Part shown: positions 1 through 10,647 of the stretch, piece by piece
Position numbering within the stretch: position 1 is the first letter of the stretch
Layout of the letters: each line of letters begins with the position of its first letter
Assembly: GCA_964291265.2 (NCBI GenBank)
Contig: OZ219746.1
Location: forward strand, 271,510 to 335,509
Length of the DNA: 64,000 nucleotides
Reading direction: 5' to 3'
From: Alphaproteobacteria bacterium
Lineage (GTDB): Bacteria > Pseudomonadota > Alphaproteobacteria > SP197
Position numbers and translations under genes: made by a program
The notes under the pieces: generated by a model
What the model was told of the DNA's origin: nothing
The model's input: only the letters and a program-made list of their open reading frames with translations
Database searches by the model: none

Positions 1-400
1 CGTCGATCCCCATGGAGCCATGATCTTCGATCAGCCGGCACCAAGCATCGACCGAGCCGGGAACGGTGACGGCGTGCGCACTGTCTGAGGTGATCCGGGT
101 GATGTTTCGTTCAAGGTACCAGGAGAGCTCCGCCCGCCGGGGCGCCCGGCCCGAACCGTTGTAGGCCACGATGCGCGAAGTCCCCCGGGGAGCGTAGAGG
201 CAGAATACGTCCCCGCCGATCCCGGTCGACATGGGCTCCACCACCGCGAGCACCGCTGCGGCCGCGACGGCGGCATCCATGGCGTTGCCTCCGCTCCTGA
301 GAACATCGAGAGCAGCCCGGGTGGCATCCCTGTTCGATGTCGCTACCATGCCGTGCTCGGCATGGGTGGTTGTGCGCGGTGGTGAGGGAAATCCACGCAT
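1..400 (-). CDS. ggt: gamma-glutamyltransferase family protein, N-terminal part (gene runs off the left edge)
   Basis: Not in the ORF track because there is no stop in the window. Hand translation of the minus strand from ATG (400..398) gives MRGFPSPPRTTTHAEHGMVATSNRDATRAALDVLRSGGNAMDAAVAAAAVLAVVEPMSTGIGGDVFCLYAP..., the conserved GGT N-terminal block. A GAGGAG Shine-Dalgarno lies just upstream. Confidence 0.75.
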   Translation of the reverse strand, partial: MRGFPSPPRTTTHAEHGMVATSNRDATRAALDVLRSGGNAMDAAVAAAAVLAVVEPMSTGIGGDVFCLYAPRGTSRIVAYNGSGRAPRRAELSWYLERNITRITSDSAHAVTVPGSVDAWCRLIEDHGSMGID

Positions 401-424
401 GGTTCCTGCAGCTCCTCTTCGGGT

Positions 425-919
425 CTAGCGCTTTCTCGGCTGGCCGATGGCGCGGCCGGTATTGACATGACGTTCGATGGCGCCGTGTGCGAGCACCGTT
501 TCCTGAAGCCGCGTGCGGACCAGGGGAAGGAACTCCATCATGGCACGGGTGTTGAGGTTGAAGCCGAGCGCCATCACCTCGTTGGTGGCCGCAAGATAGC
601 CTTCTTCGGCGTGGCTGAGGCTGTGGAAGATGTGAAACCGCTTGGCATCGGCGGTGAGCGCCTGGGTGGTGACGACCACCGGGGCATGGACCCTGAGTTC
701 GTCCATGTAGTTCACATGGGTCTCCACGACGGCGTACTCGGCGCCGTCCCGTTCCTCGAGGGTCACGGGCTCGTTCATCCGGTCCCAGAACGCCGCCGTC
801 GCGAAATCGCAGATCAGCACGTAATAGGCCATGTTGAGATGTCCGTACTCGTCGATCCATTCGGGCTTGACGACGGCGTCGAGACGGAAGAGCGGCAAAT
901 CGCTGGTCAAGAGTGTCAA
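425..919 (-). CDS. acyl-CoA thioesterase, 4HBT/hotdog family
   Basis: 164-aa ORF. VKPEWIDEYGHLNMAYY...ETHVNYMDEL resembles YbgC/4HBT-type thioesterases. It lies directly upstream of ggt on the same strand. Confidence 0.6.
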   Translation of the reverse strand: MTLLTSDLPLFRLDAVVKPEWIDEYGHLNMAYYVLICDFATAAFWDRMNEPVTLEERDGAEYAVVETHVNYMDELRVHAPVVVTTQALTADAKRFHIFHSLSHAEEGYLAATNEVMALGFNLNTRAMMEFLPLVRTRLQETVLAHGAIERHVNTGRAIGQPRKR

Positions 920-1008
920 TCCTGCGTCGTTGCGTTGAACGTTCTAGCTTTACGCCGGGGCTGCTTCAACGGCATGATCCACGAGCGGCATGCTGAGGAG
1001 AGTCGCTG

Positions 1009-2163
1009 ATGCCCCGTCTTCACGTTGGCGAGGAGGAACTGGCGGACCGCAGGCGAAGAACCTGCGACCGCATGCAGGAACTCGGGCTCGACGCTCTGCT
1101 CATGTTCCGTCAGGAGAGCATGTACTACCTGACCGGATATGACACCGCCGGATATGCGATGTTCCAGTGCCTGGTGCTTCGCGCCGATGGCGATCTCGTG
1201 CTTGTCACGAGATCGGCCGACCGTGAGCAGGCCGCCTTCACGTCGATGATCCCGGATGTGCGCATCTGGGTCGATCGTGGCGGCGCCAATCCGGCTGATG
1301 ATGTGCTGGCCGTCCTCGAGGAAAAGGGACTTCGCGGCGGCTGGTTCGGCGTCGAACTCAATGCCTGGGGCCTGACCGCACAGCACTGGGCCATGATGGA
1401 GCGGGCGCTTGACGGATTCGGCGCCTGGGAGGATGCCAGCGATCTCGTTCAGGCCTTTCGGCTGATCAAGAGTCCGGCAGAGCAGGATCATGTCAGGAAG
1501 GCGGGTGTCCTTGCCGACGCCGGGCTGGAGGCACTGTACCGGATCATTGCCGCTGGCGTTGACGAGAGCGCGCTCTACGCCGCCCTGGAACGAGCCATCC
1601 TGGAGGGCGGAGGCGACTATGCGGCGGGGCGGCCGATCATTGCCTCGGGCGACGGTGCGCTGCTCGTGCGCTATTTCACCGGCCGGGACATCATCGGCGA
1701 GCATGACCAGGTGCAGCTCGAGTTCGGCGCCGCCTGGAGGCACTACCATGTGGCCATCATGAGGACGGTCCTGACCGGTCGTGTCGGCGACCGTCACAGG
1801 ATGATGCACGAAGCCTGTGTCGAGGCCCTTGCGGCCTGCCAGGCGACCGCGAGACCGGGCGCCACATTTGGCGACATCTACGATGCCCACGCCCGGGTGA
1901 TGGATGCGCACGGGCTGAAGGACTGCAGGCTGAACGCCTGCGGCTATTCGCTCTCCGCCAACTACCCGCCGTCCTGGATGGAAGAGCCGATGATCTACCA
2001 TGGCAATCCGGCCCTAGTAGCGCCGGGCATGGTCATCTTCATGCATATGATTGTCCTGGACAGTGTCCGTCGGCTGACTATGAGCCTGGGCGAGACCGGC
2101 ATCGTTCATGACGATCGCTTCGAAGCGGTGTCGTCGATGCCCCATGATCTGATCGTGAAGTAG
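1009..2163 (+). CDS. M24 family metallopeptidase (creatinase / Xaa-Pro aminopeptidase / ectoine-hydrolase-like)
   Basis: 384 aa. N-terminal creatinase-like block LDALLMFRQESMYYLTGYD, and a C-terminal pita-bread region containing IKSPAEQDHVRKAG. Confidence 0.75.
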   Translation: MPRLHVGEEELADRRRRTCDRMQELGLDALLMFRQESMYYLTGYDTAGYAMFQCLVLRADGDLVLVTRSADREQAAFTSMIPDVRIWVDRGGANPADDVLAVLEEKGLRGGWFGVELNAWGLTAQHWAMMERALDGFGAWEDASDLVQAFRLIKSPAEQDHVRKAGVLADAGLEALYRIIAAGVDESALYAALERAILEGGGDYAAGRPIIASGDGALLVRYFTGRDIIGEHDQVQLEFGAAWRHYHVAIMRTVLTGRVGDRHRMMHEACVEALAACQATARPGATFGDIYDAHARVMDAHGLKDCRLNACGYSLSANYPPSWMEEPMIYHGNPALVAPGMVIFMHMIVLDSVRRLTMSLGETGIVHDDRFEAVSSMPHDLIVK

Positions 2164-2175
2164 GAGAACGCAACC

Positions 2176-3018
2176 ATGGCGGCCCACCCCCTGAGATTGC
2201 CGACGGAAGAGGAGTGCGAACGGTTTCGCATCGACGGCGCCGTGGCCCTGAAGGGTGTCTACCAGGATGACTGGGTCGGTCTGCTGCGCCAGGGTGTCGA
2301 ACGGGCCATGCGCACAAGTGGCCCCTACACCAGGCGCATCCAGGACCAAGGCGATCCTGTCTTCTTCACCGACTACGTGGCATCGGACCGCGTGCCGGAA
2401 CTCCGCCGGTTCGTCCTCGAGGGCCCGGCCGCGGAACTGTCGGCCACGCTCATGAAGTCACGGCGTGCCAACTTCCTGTTCGACGGGGTTTTCGTCAAGG
2501 AACCCGGAGCCACCAAGAAGAGCACATGGCACCAGGACCAGCCCTACTACTGCGTGGCCGGCCGCCAGATCGCCGTCCTGTGGGCACCGCTTGATCCGGT
2601 GCCGGCCGATGTGTGCCTGACCTGCGTCCAGGGTTCGCACCGGTGGGGGGCGGCCTTCCGTCCTGTCCGCTTCCGCGACGGTGCCGACCTTGGCCGCGGC
2701 CGGGATGATGGTTATCACGATGCTCTTGATGTCGATGGCGTCCATGCGGAGAGGATTCTCGCCTGGGATCTCGAACCCGGAGATGTCATCGCATTCCACG
2801 GCATGACGGTCCATGGGGCGCCGGGCAACGCACAGGCCTCCCGGCGGCGTCGGGCCACCAACTCGACGTGGGTCGGTGACGATGCGGTCTACGTCCGCCA
2901 TGCCGGGATCATGGAACCCGACTTTCCCGATTGCGGGCTTGCCCCCGGAGACCCTCTGGACTGTGCCCGGTTCCCTCGCGTCCACGATGCCGACCGGGAA
3001 CGTCCTTCGCCGGCCTGA
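2176..3018 (+). CDS. phytanoyl-CoA dioxygenase (PhyH) family Fe(II)/2-oxoglutarate oxygenase
   Basis: 280 aa. WHQDQPYY and HGAPGN motifs are typical of the PhyH family. It starts 13 nt after the M24 gene. Confidence 0.7.
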   Translation: MAAHPLRLPTEEECERFRIDGAVALKGVYQDDWVGLLRQGVERAMRTSGPYTRRIQDQGDPVFFTDYVASDRVPELRRFVLEGPAAELSATLMKSRRANFLFDGVFVKEPGATKKSTWHQDQPYYCVAGRQIAVLWAPLDPVPADVCLTCVQGSHRWGAAFRPVRFRDGADLGRGRDDGYHDALDVDGVHAERILAWDLEPGDVIAFHGMTVHGAPGNAQASRRRRATNSTWVGDDAVYVRHAGIMEPDFPDCGLAPGDPLDCARFPRVHDADRERPSPA

Positions 3019-3041
3019 AGGCCCCGGACTGCCTTGTCACC

Positions 3042-3881
3042 ATGGGGCATATCGTCTGGATTGCCAGCTACCCCAAGTCGGGCAACACGTGGGTGAGGGC
3101 CTTCCTGCACGAGGTCCTGCGCCGGGACGGTGGCGCCTTCGATCTCGATCGCATGGCGCAGACGGCAGGAAACGAGGCATCGATCGACAACTATCACGCG
3201 ATCGATCCAAGACCCTGGAGCCTCTGGACTCCGGGGGAGGTGGCGCGGGCCCGACCGGCTGCCCAGGCCGCCTTCGCCCGCCGCCATGACCACGTCGTGT
3301 TCTGCAAGACCCACCTTGCGGTGTTGAGATCCCGGGGTCAGGCCACCATCAACATGGACGTCACCGCCGGAGCGATCTACATCGTGCGCAATCCCCTCGA
3401 CATCGCGCTGTCCTATGCCGATCACCAGGGTGTGCCGCTCGATCTTGCGATCAACCTCATGAACCTCGAGAACCACGAGACGCCATCCACCGAGAGTCAT
3501 GTCTCGGAACTCCAGGGCAGCTGGTCACAGAACGTGGAGACCTGGACGCGGCGCTCTCTGCCGGGGCTTCACGTCATGCGTTACGAGGACATGCTGACGA
3601 CTCCGGTGGCGGCATTCTCCGGTCTGGCGGCCTTCCTCAGGCTGAGGATGACACGCAAGCGCATCAGGGAGGCGGTCAGGACCACTTCCTTCGGGAATCT
3701 GCGGCGTCTGGAGGATGAGAGAGGTTTCGGTGAACGTTCCGTGCCCCAGGAGCGCTTTTTTCGCCAGGGCCGCGCCGGAACGTGGCGCACCGCGCTATCC
3801 ACCGGCCAGGTGACGAAGATCGCGTCTCAGAACGAGGCGATGATGCGAAAGTTCGACTACTGGAAGGCCGTGGAGGCATGA
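3042..3881 (+). CDS. PAPS-dependent sulfotransferase domain protein
   Basis: In-frame ATG at 3042 inside ORF 2931..3881. Motifs: 5'-PSB YPKSGNTW, 3'-PB IVRNPLD, and C-terminal FFRQGRAGTWR. Confidence 0.75.
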   Translation: MGHIVWIASYPKSGNTWVRAFLHEVLRRDGGAFDLDRMAQTAGNEASIDNYHAIDPRPWSLWTPGEVARARPAAQAAFARRHDHVVFCKTHLAVLRSRGQATINMDVTAGAIYIVRNPLDIALSYADHQGVPLDLAINLMNLENHETPSTESHVSELQGSWSQNVETWTRRSLPGLHVMRYEDMLTTPVAAFSGLAAFLRLRMTRKRIREAVRTTSFGNLRRLEDERGFGERSVPQERFFRQGRAGTWRTALSTGQVTKIASQNEAMMRKFDYWKAVEA

Positions 3882-4558
3882 GCGTGGTGGACGTGGCAGG
3901 CAACCTTGAAACCGTGCAGGCGGAAGTCGACGCCGCCACCCGCCGGGCCGGCCGACTGGCCGGTTCCGTGACGCTCGTTGCGGTGACCAAGACCCATGAC
4001 GCCCAGCACATCCGTCCAGCCATCCAAGCCGGGCACCGCGTGTTCGGCGAGAACCGTGTTCAGGAGGCCGCATCGAAGTGGCCGGCACTGCGCCAGGAGC
4101 GGGACCGTCTCGAACTCCATCTGATCGGCGCCCTGCAGACCAACAAGGCGGTCGATGCCGTGACCCTCTTCGACGTGATCGAGAGCGTTGACCGCCTGCG
4201 GTTGATCACCGCCCTGGTGAAGGCGATGGACAGAACCGGCCGCCGCCCGCGGTGTTTCATCCAGGTCAACACCGGCGAGGAGGAACAGAAGGCCGGCTGC
4301 CTGCCCGTCGACGCCGATGACCTGGTCGCCGCCGCTCGGTCGGCGGGACTCGATGTCGTCGGGTTGATGTGCATCCCACCGTTCGACGAGGAGCCGTCTC
4401 CCCACTTTTCCCGGCTGACAGGCATCGCCCGCCGCAACGGTCTCGAGGCACTGTCGATGGGCATGTCTGCAGACTACACGACCGCGATTGCCTGCGGTGC
4501 CACCCATGTCCGGGTCGGCACGGCCATCTTCGGCAGCCGCCGTTCCCGGCGTTCTTGA
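3878..4558 (+). CDS. yggS: YggS family pyridoxal-phosphate homeostasis protein
   Basis: Internal ATG at 3878 overlaps the sulfotransferase stop (ATGA). VAVTKTH...FGENRVQE...HLIGALQTNK...MGMSADY is the YggS/alanine-racemase N-terminal fold signature. Confidence 0.85.
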   Translation: MSVVDVAGNLETVQAEVDAATRRAGRLAGSVTLVAVTKTHDAQHIRPAIQAGHRVFGENRVQEAASKWPALRQERDRLELHLIGALQTNKAVDAVTLFDVIESVDRLRLITALVKAMDRTGRRPRCFIQVNTGEEEQKAGCLPVDADDLVAAARSAGLDVVGLMCIPPFDEEPSPHFSRLTGIARRNGLEALSMGMSADYTTAIACGATHVRVGTAIFGSRRSRRS

Positions 4559-4612
4559 CCGGCAGCACCGGGCGCGCCATAAGCACGCGTTCCCCGATCT
4601 GGAGCCTTCCCG

Positions 4613-5605
4613 ATGAAACGGGTCTTTTCCGGCGTTCAGCCGACCGGCAACCTCCACCTTGGCAATTATCTCGGCGCTCTCAAGCGCTTCGTGGCGATGC
4701 AGGACGACCACGAGTGCGTGTACTGCATTGTCGATCTCCACGCCCTGACCATGCCTTGGGACCCCGATCAGCTGCGTGGCGCAACGCGGGAGGTGGCGGC
4801 GGGTTTCTTGGCCTCGGGCCTCGATCCGGAACGCTGCATCGTCTTCAATCAGAGCCAGTGCCCGATGCACCTGCGGCTGCAGTGGATCCTCGCTTGCCTC
4901 ACTCCCCTGGGGTGGCTCAACCGCATGACGCAGTTCAAGGAAAAGGCGGGAAGGCAGAGGGACAACGCGAGTCTCGGCCTCTACGGCTATCCGGTTCTCC
5001 AGGCTGCCGACATCATCGGCTACCACGCCACCCACGTGCCGGTCGGCGCTGACCAGAAACAGCACCTCGAGTTGTCCCGCGACATCGCGGGCGCTTTCAA
5101 CCACACGTTCGGCGTCGACTTCTTCCCTCTTCCCGAGGCCGTGATCCTGGGCGAGGCCACCCGCGTCATGTCCCTGCGGGACGGACGGTCCAAGATGTCG
5201 AAGTCCGATCAGAGCGACTATTCCCGCATCAATCTCATCGATGACAGGGACACCATCGCACTCAAGATCCGCAAGGCGCGCACGGACAGCATCATGGGCG
5301 TGTCGTTCGATCCGGAGAACAGGCCCGAGGCCTCCAATCTCGTCACCATCTATGCGTCACTGGCCGGGGTCAGCCGTGACGTGGTGCTGGACGAGTTCCG
5401 GAGCGCCAGGTTCAGCGATTTCAAGGCCCGTCTTGCGGACCTTGCCGTGGAGACCCTGGGGCCGGTCGGCGAGGAGATGAAGCGGCTGTCGGCGGATCCC
5501 GGCTATGTCGACAACGTGCTGCGCGATGGTGCGGCCCGGGCCCGGGCCATCGCCGAACCGATCCAGAAGGAGGTCGAGGAACTCACCGGCTTCCTAGTGC
5601 CGTGA
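4613..5605 (+). CDS. trpS: tryptophan--tRNA ligase
   Basis: 330 aa. Class I aaRS motifs [15 protein letters not shown] (HIGH-like) and KMSKS. Confidence 0.95.
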   Translation: MKRVFSGVQPTGNLHLGNYLGALKRFVAMQDDHECVYCIVDLHALTMPWDPDQLRGATREVAAGFLASGLDPERCIVFNQSQCPMHLRLQWILACLTPLGWLNRMTQFKEKAGRQRDNASLGLYGYPVLQAADIIGYHATHVPVGADQKQHLELSRDIAGAFNHTFGVDFFPLPEAVILGEATRVMSLRDGRSKMSKSDQSDYSRINLIDDRDTIALKIRKARTDSIMGVSFDPENRPEASNLVTIYASLAGVSRDVVLDEFRSARFSDFKARLADLAVETLGPVGEEMKRLSADPGYVDNVLRDGAARARAIAEPIQKEVEELTGFLVP

Positions 5606-6250
5606 TTGTCCGATGCCGGCGCACGCCGGCAAGGAACACGGGCTCCCGCCCTGCCGCCCTAGCCTTGGCTTCGTAGCGTGTCGGCGGCCAGTCGGATGGC
5701 CGATGTCGAGACCACTGCAGGTCCTGCGTGCCCTTGAGCGCCTGCGTCATGTCGAGAGCGTAGTCCTCGATATCGGTCGCCAGATGCAGTTCTCCTCCGT
5801 CGACGAGGAGGTTCGAGAACCACGCCATGGTTGCCGGGTTGACGAGGCGACGCTTCCTGTGGCGCGCCTTGGGCCAGGGGTCGGGGAAGAGAACGAAGAC
5901 GCGTTCGAGGCAGGCAGGGGGAAGGGCTTCGAGAAGCCGCGTCACGTCCGCGTCGAAAATCCTGACATTGGCAAGGCCATGGTGTTCGACAAGGCCCAGC
6001 AGACCTGCCACGCCGTTCAGCCACACTTCCGCGCCGATCAGCGTGACCTCGGGGTGGCGTTCTGCCTGCCAGGCAAGATGCTCTCCGCCGCCAAACCCGA
6101 TTTCCAGCCAGAGCCGCCCGCCGAGTTCAGGATCGGGCCTGCCATCCTCGCCGATGACAACCCGCAGTTCCGGCAGAAGGGTATCGACCAGGAACTGGCG
6201 ACGGGGCGAGAGCCTGCGCCCCCGGCGGCGCCCCCAGGTCTGACCGCCGG

Positions 6251-6254
<4 letters not shown>
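5583..6254 (-). CDS. trmB: tRNA (guanine46-N7)-methyltransferase; start codon unresolved
   Basis: The track ORF 5583..6026 begins at an internal GTG. Hand translation upstream in the same frame continues with conserved TrmB sequence: [26 protein letters not shown]...[30 protein letters not shown]. There is no ATG/GTG/TTG in that stretch, so the 5' end given is approximate. Confidence 0.8.
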
Positions 6255-7459
<1,205 letters not shown>

Positions 7460-7490
7460 GAGAACAAGGGCACAGGCCCTGTTGGTCGAG

Positions 7491-7614
7491 GTAAGCGTTC
7501 GGTCAAGGGGTGACGTCGATGAGGATGACAGTGGCAATCACGCATTGCCCCGGGGCTCGCCTGCATTCGCTCAGTGCTGTCATCGCTCCAATCACCGCGT
7601 GACCGAACGCTTAC
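7491..7614. mobile_element. MITE-like 124-bp element in the metK 5' leader
   Basis: Perfect 14-bp terminal inverted repeats: GTAAGCGTTCGGTC (7491-7504) and GACCGAACGCTTAC (7601-7614). They are flanked by an identical 8-bp direct repeat TGGTCGAG (7483-7490 and 7615-7622). The interior has further self-complementarity (GATGACAG / CTGTCATC). Confidence 0.55.
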
Positions 7615-7779
7615 TGGTCGAGACACTTACCGAAGGCTGGTTGATAATCAAGGTGATTGTATCGTTGACTGAAAGGCGATGTTGCGGGACTGATTGAGCG
7701 TGTGGTTCGGGGTCGCCTTCCCCGCCCCATCAGGCGGCCAATGGAAGACCGACTGCGCATGGCGGACGATACTGGACAC

Positions 7780-8480
7780 TGACAGATTGTCTATCGGCTG
7801 CTTCCCGGATCCTCGGGAGAAGGCACGCAGGCTGGCTGCTCTCGCTCATCGCCTGCCGCTTCGTCCGGAACGCCATGCTCGACCGACAAGAGCAGCAGCG
7901 AGACTGGCGGGAGCGGAACGGCTTACCCGAGCGTTTCGTTCTTCACGGCTCGACAAGGCCTTCATCCGGCTCCGCCGGTTGACGCCGTGCTTGCAGGAGA
8001 TGTCGCAGGCTCAGGCGGATGCGTGGCAGCGATGTTTCAGGGGGCTGAGGCGGCCGCCCGAAGTTCAGGCGGCGCGGGCATGATGAGCGTGTGCGCTCCC
8101 GGGCGCCATCCGCATCTTTCAAACGGCACGCTCCACGTTCAGGAAGATCGGGTCGATGACGCTGCGCCGCAGGGGAGGGAACCCTTGTCCCGAGGGAGAG
8201 CCGGTCCGCGGATCGACGGCACGTGGCATGCGATCCGTCTGCTGCAGGGTGGCTGCTGTCGAGCGCCGGCGACGACGGCACCGTGACCGGCATCGACATG
8301 AACGTGGGCCAGGTGGCCACCGGCGACGGCGAGAGCCTTCATGCGCCGGTGACGGGCCGCCTCGAAGCGCGATGCAAGCGGAGGCGGCGCAGGATGTCGC
8401 GCAAGGACAGCAGGCGGCGTGAGCGCATCCGCTGACGCCATGCCCGGAGGGTGCGGCACTCCCGACGTGATGCCCGGGTT
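7780..8480 (+). pseudogene. IS200/IS605-family TnpB (OrfB) relic, frameshifted and 3'-truncated
   Basis: TnpB-like pieces lie in three + frames: RLSIGCFPDPREKARRLAALAH...LQEMSQAQADAWQRCF; RKIGSMTLRRRGGNPCPEGEPV / DGTWHAIRLLQ; and TVTGIDMNVGQVATGDGESLHAP...RLEARCKRRRRRMSRKDSRRRERIR. The last is the RuvC-I GID block plus the basic linker. There is no zinc-ribbon or C-terminal RuvC part and no tnpA nearby. Confidence 0.5.
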
Positions 8481-8682
8481 GCCCGTTAGCAACCGGGTTT
8501 CCGTAGAATCCCGCGGTCGGCCGACGATCTTGCGCCACGGCCTTTCGCAGGCCATACCTCCGCGCATGACTGCCGACGGTGAGCGCCGTCTGCGACCTTG
8601 ACACCAAAGGACAAGATGCAAAGGTGCATCAGGACATGCGGACAGACAGCGCACGCGCTTGGGATATGGGGGCCGCTCTGGT

Positions 8683-9777
8683 ATGATGGAGTTGCTCGGG
8701 CTTTCGAAGGCTTTCGAAGACAAGGCAGCCGTTGTCGACCTGACGCTCAAGGTGGAGAACGACGAGTATCTGACATTGCTCGGACCATCGAGTTCGGGAA
8801 AAACCACGCTTTTGAGACTCATCGCGGGCCTCGAACGCCCTGATTCCGGGCGCGTCGTTCTCAATGGAGAGGACATCACGACGCGTCCCGCCCATACCCG
8901 TGGTCTGGGATTCGTTCAGCAGAACTATGCGCTGTTTCCGCACATGAATGTCGCCGACAACATTGCCTTCGGGCTGCGCAACCGCCTGATCGATCCGATC
9001 ATCGACGAGACGGCGGTCGACAGCCGGGTCTCGGCAATGCTGGATCTGGTCGGCCTCGAGGGGCTCGAAGGACGCATGGTCGGGCAGATTTCCGGAGGCC
9101 AGAAGCAGCGTGTCTCACTGGCGAGGACACTCATCACGCAACCCCAGGTGTGCCTGCTCGACGAGCCGCTCGGTGCCCTCGACGCCAATCTCCGCGAACG
9201 CATGACGGTGGAACTGCGCAACATCCGGAGCACTCTGGGCGTCACGTTTTTTCATGTTACCGGCAACGAAAACGAGGCGATCGCCATGGGCGACCGCATG
9301 GTCGTGCTTGACCAGGGCCGGGCGGTGCAGACAGCGAGGCCCGACGTTGTCTTCGACGCGCCGGCGACCGTGCGGGTCGCACGTTTTGTCAACAGCTACA
9401 ATATCCTCGATGGTGAAGTGAAGGCCGGGATCTTCCGCCATGGCGACACCGGCGTCGTGCTGCCGCACCACGCCATGACCGCGACGGCGATGGCGGTGCG
9501 CTACGACACCCCGACGATCCTGACGGAGAGCGCGGTGGATGCGGCGCACGTATCGATGCGCGCGACGTTCGTCACTGCCGAGTTCATGGGCTCGAAGATC
9601 GTCTATTTTTTCCGAACGGCGACAGGGGTCATGATGGAGGTCGAAAGCCACCTCAGCCGGGCCGACCCCGAGACCTTTTCGGCAGGCGAGGAACGCCTCC
9701 TGGCGTGGAACGTGGCGGACACGCTGTTCTTCGACGAGGCTGGCGACCTCCTCGCAGGACCCGGCAAGGGTGCATGA
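8683..9777 (+). CDS. ABC transporter ATP-binding protein (PotA/spermidine-putrescine type)
   Basis: Walker A GPSSSGKTT, signature SGGQKQR, Walker B LLDEPL, and a C-terminal TOBE-like region. Start taken at MMELLGLSKAF. Confidence 0.9.
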   Translation: MMELLGLSKAFEDKAAVVDLTLKVENDEYLTLLGPSSSGKTTLLRLIAGLERPDSGRVVLNGEDITTRPAHTRGLGFVQQNYALFPHMNVADNIAFGLRNRLIDPIIDETAVDSRVSAMLDLVGLEGLEGRMVGQISGGQKQRVSLARTLITQPQVCLLDEPLGALDANLRERMTVELRNIRSTLGVTFFHVTGNENEAIAMGDRMVVLDQGRAVQTARPDVVFDAPATVRVARFVNSYNILDGEVKAGIFRHGDTGVVLPHHAMTATAMAVRYDTPTILTESAVDAAHVSMRATFVTAEFMGSKIVYFFRTATGVMMEVESHLSRADPETFSAGEERLLAWNVADTLFFDEAGDLLAGPGKGA

Positions 9778-10637
9778 CGATGGCGTGGATTCGATCGCAG
9801 AACCGCCACCTCTTGTTGTTGGCGCCGGGTGTGTTCTGGATGGTTCTGTTCCTCGTCGTTCCACTGGCGATGATGGTTTACGTCAGCTTCTGGACGCAGA
9901 CCACCTTCACCATCGAACCGGATCTGACGGTGAAGAGCTGGGCGACGTTCTTTGCATCAGACACTTATTTCGGAGCCCTGCTGCGAACCCTGAGGATCTG
10001 GCTGACCGTCCTCGCTCTGACGCTGCTGATCGGCTACCCGACGGCGCTCTTCATCGGCCGCTTCGTGCGCAACAAGACGATGCAGACCGTTCTCCTAGTC
10101 GCCTGCGTCATCCCGTTCTGGACCTCCTTCCTGATCCGCGTGCTCGCCTGGCGTCCCATGCTCGGCAAGGAGGGCGCCATCAACATCGTCCTGCAGGCAG
10201 CGGGCATCATCGACCAGCCCACCGAAGCCCTTCTCTTCACGGAACTCTCGGTCGTCATCGGCATGGTCCAGATCTATGTCGTCTTCATGGTTGGGCCCAT
10301 CGCCTTCATGCTCGCCCGCATCGACGAGAGTCTGATCGAAGCGGCGCGCGACCTCGGCGCCTCCGCCTTCACCATCTTTCGCACCATCATCTTTCAGCTC
10401 AGCCTGCCGGGTGTGGTCGTTGGCGCCATCTTCGTCTCGGTCATGGTTCTGGGCGAGTTCGCCACCTCGGCGGCGCTTTCGGGACGCAAGGTCAATCTTC
10501 TCGGCAACATCATCGTTACCCAGGTCGGCTCCCTCAAATGGGCGTTTGCCGCGGTGGCAGGGGTCATTCTCACCGTCGTCATGGCCGTGGTGATCACGGG
10601 CCTCCTGAGGATCGTGAACCTGAGGCGCGAACTGTGA
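9774..10637 (+). CDS. ABC transporter permease (PotB-like)
   Basis: Multi-pass hydrophobic protein with an EAA-like loop (IDESLIEAARDLGAS). ATG at 9774 overlaps the ATPase stop (ATGA). Confidence 0.85.
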   Translation: MTMAWIRSQNRHLLLLAPGVFWMVLFLVVPLAMMVYVSFWTQTTFTIEPDLTVKSWATFFASDTYFGALLRTLRIWLTVLALTLLIGYPTALFIGRFVRNKTMQTVLLVACVIPFWTSFLIRVLAWRPMLGKEGAINIVLQAAGIIDQPTEALLFTELSVVIGMVQIYVVFMVGPIAFMLARIDESLIEAARDLGASAFTIFRTIIFQLSLPGVVVGAIFVSVMVLGEFATSAALSGRKVNLLGNIIVTQVGSLKWAFAAVAGVILTVVMAVVITGLLRIVNLRREL

Positions 10638-10647
10638 CGGAAGGTCG

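Noticed and set aside
3857-5104. 415-aa ORF on the minus strand
   Set aside because: It is antisense to yggS and trpS, both with clear signatures. It is a shadow frame. The same reasoning applies to 916..2001(-), 17575..18864(-), 15799..16932(-), 19503..20840(+), 21911..23119(+), 39984..41039(-), 41946..43133(+), 44800..46092(+), 46375..47775(+), 59107..60009(+) and 60288..61493(+).
7460-7690. SAM-responsive riboswitch in the metK leader
   Set aside because: I could not recognise any SAM-II, SAM-V or SAM-SAH consensus elements. The conspicuous secondary structure is fully accounted for by the TIR-bounded MITE-like element. An Rfam covariance search would be needed to exclude a riboswitch.
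8139-8879. 246-aa ORF on the minus strand spanning the TnpB relic and the start of the ABC ATPase gene
   Set aside because: No motif was found. It overlaps the well-supported ATPase N-terminus in antisense, and the + strand of the same DNA carries recognisable TnpB fragments.
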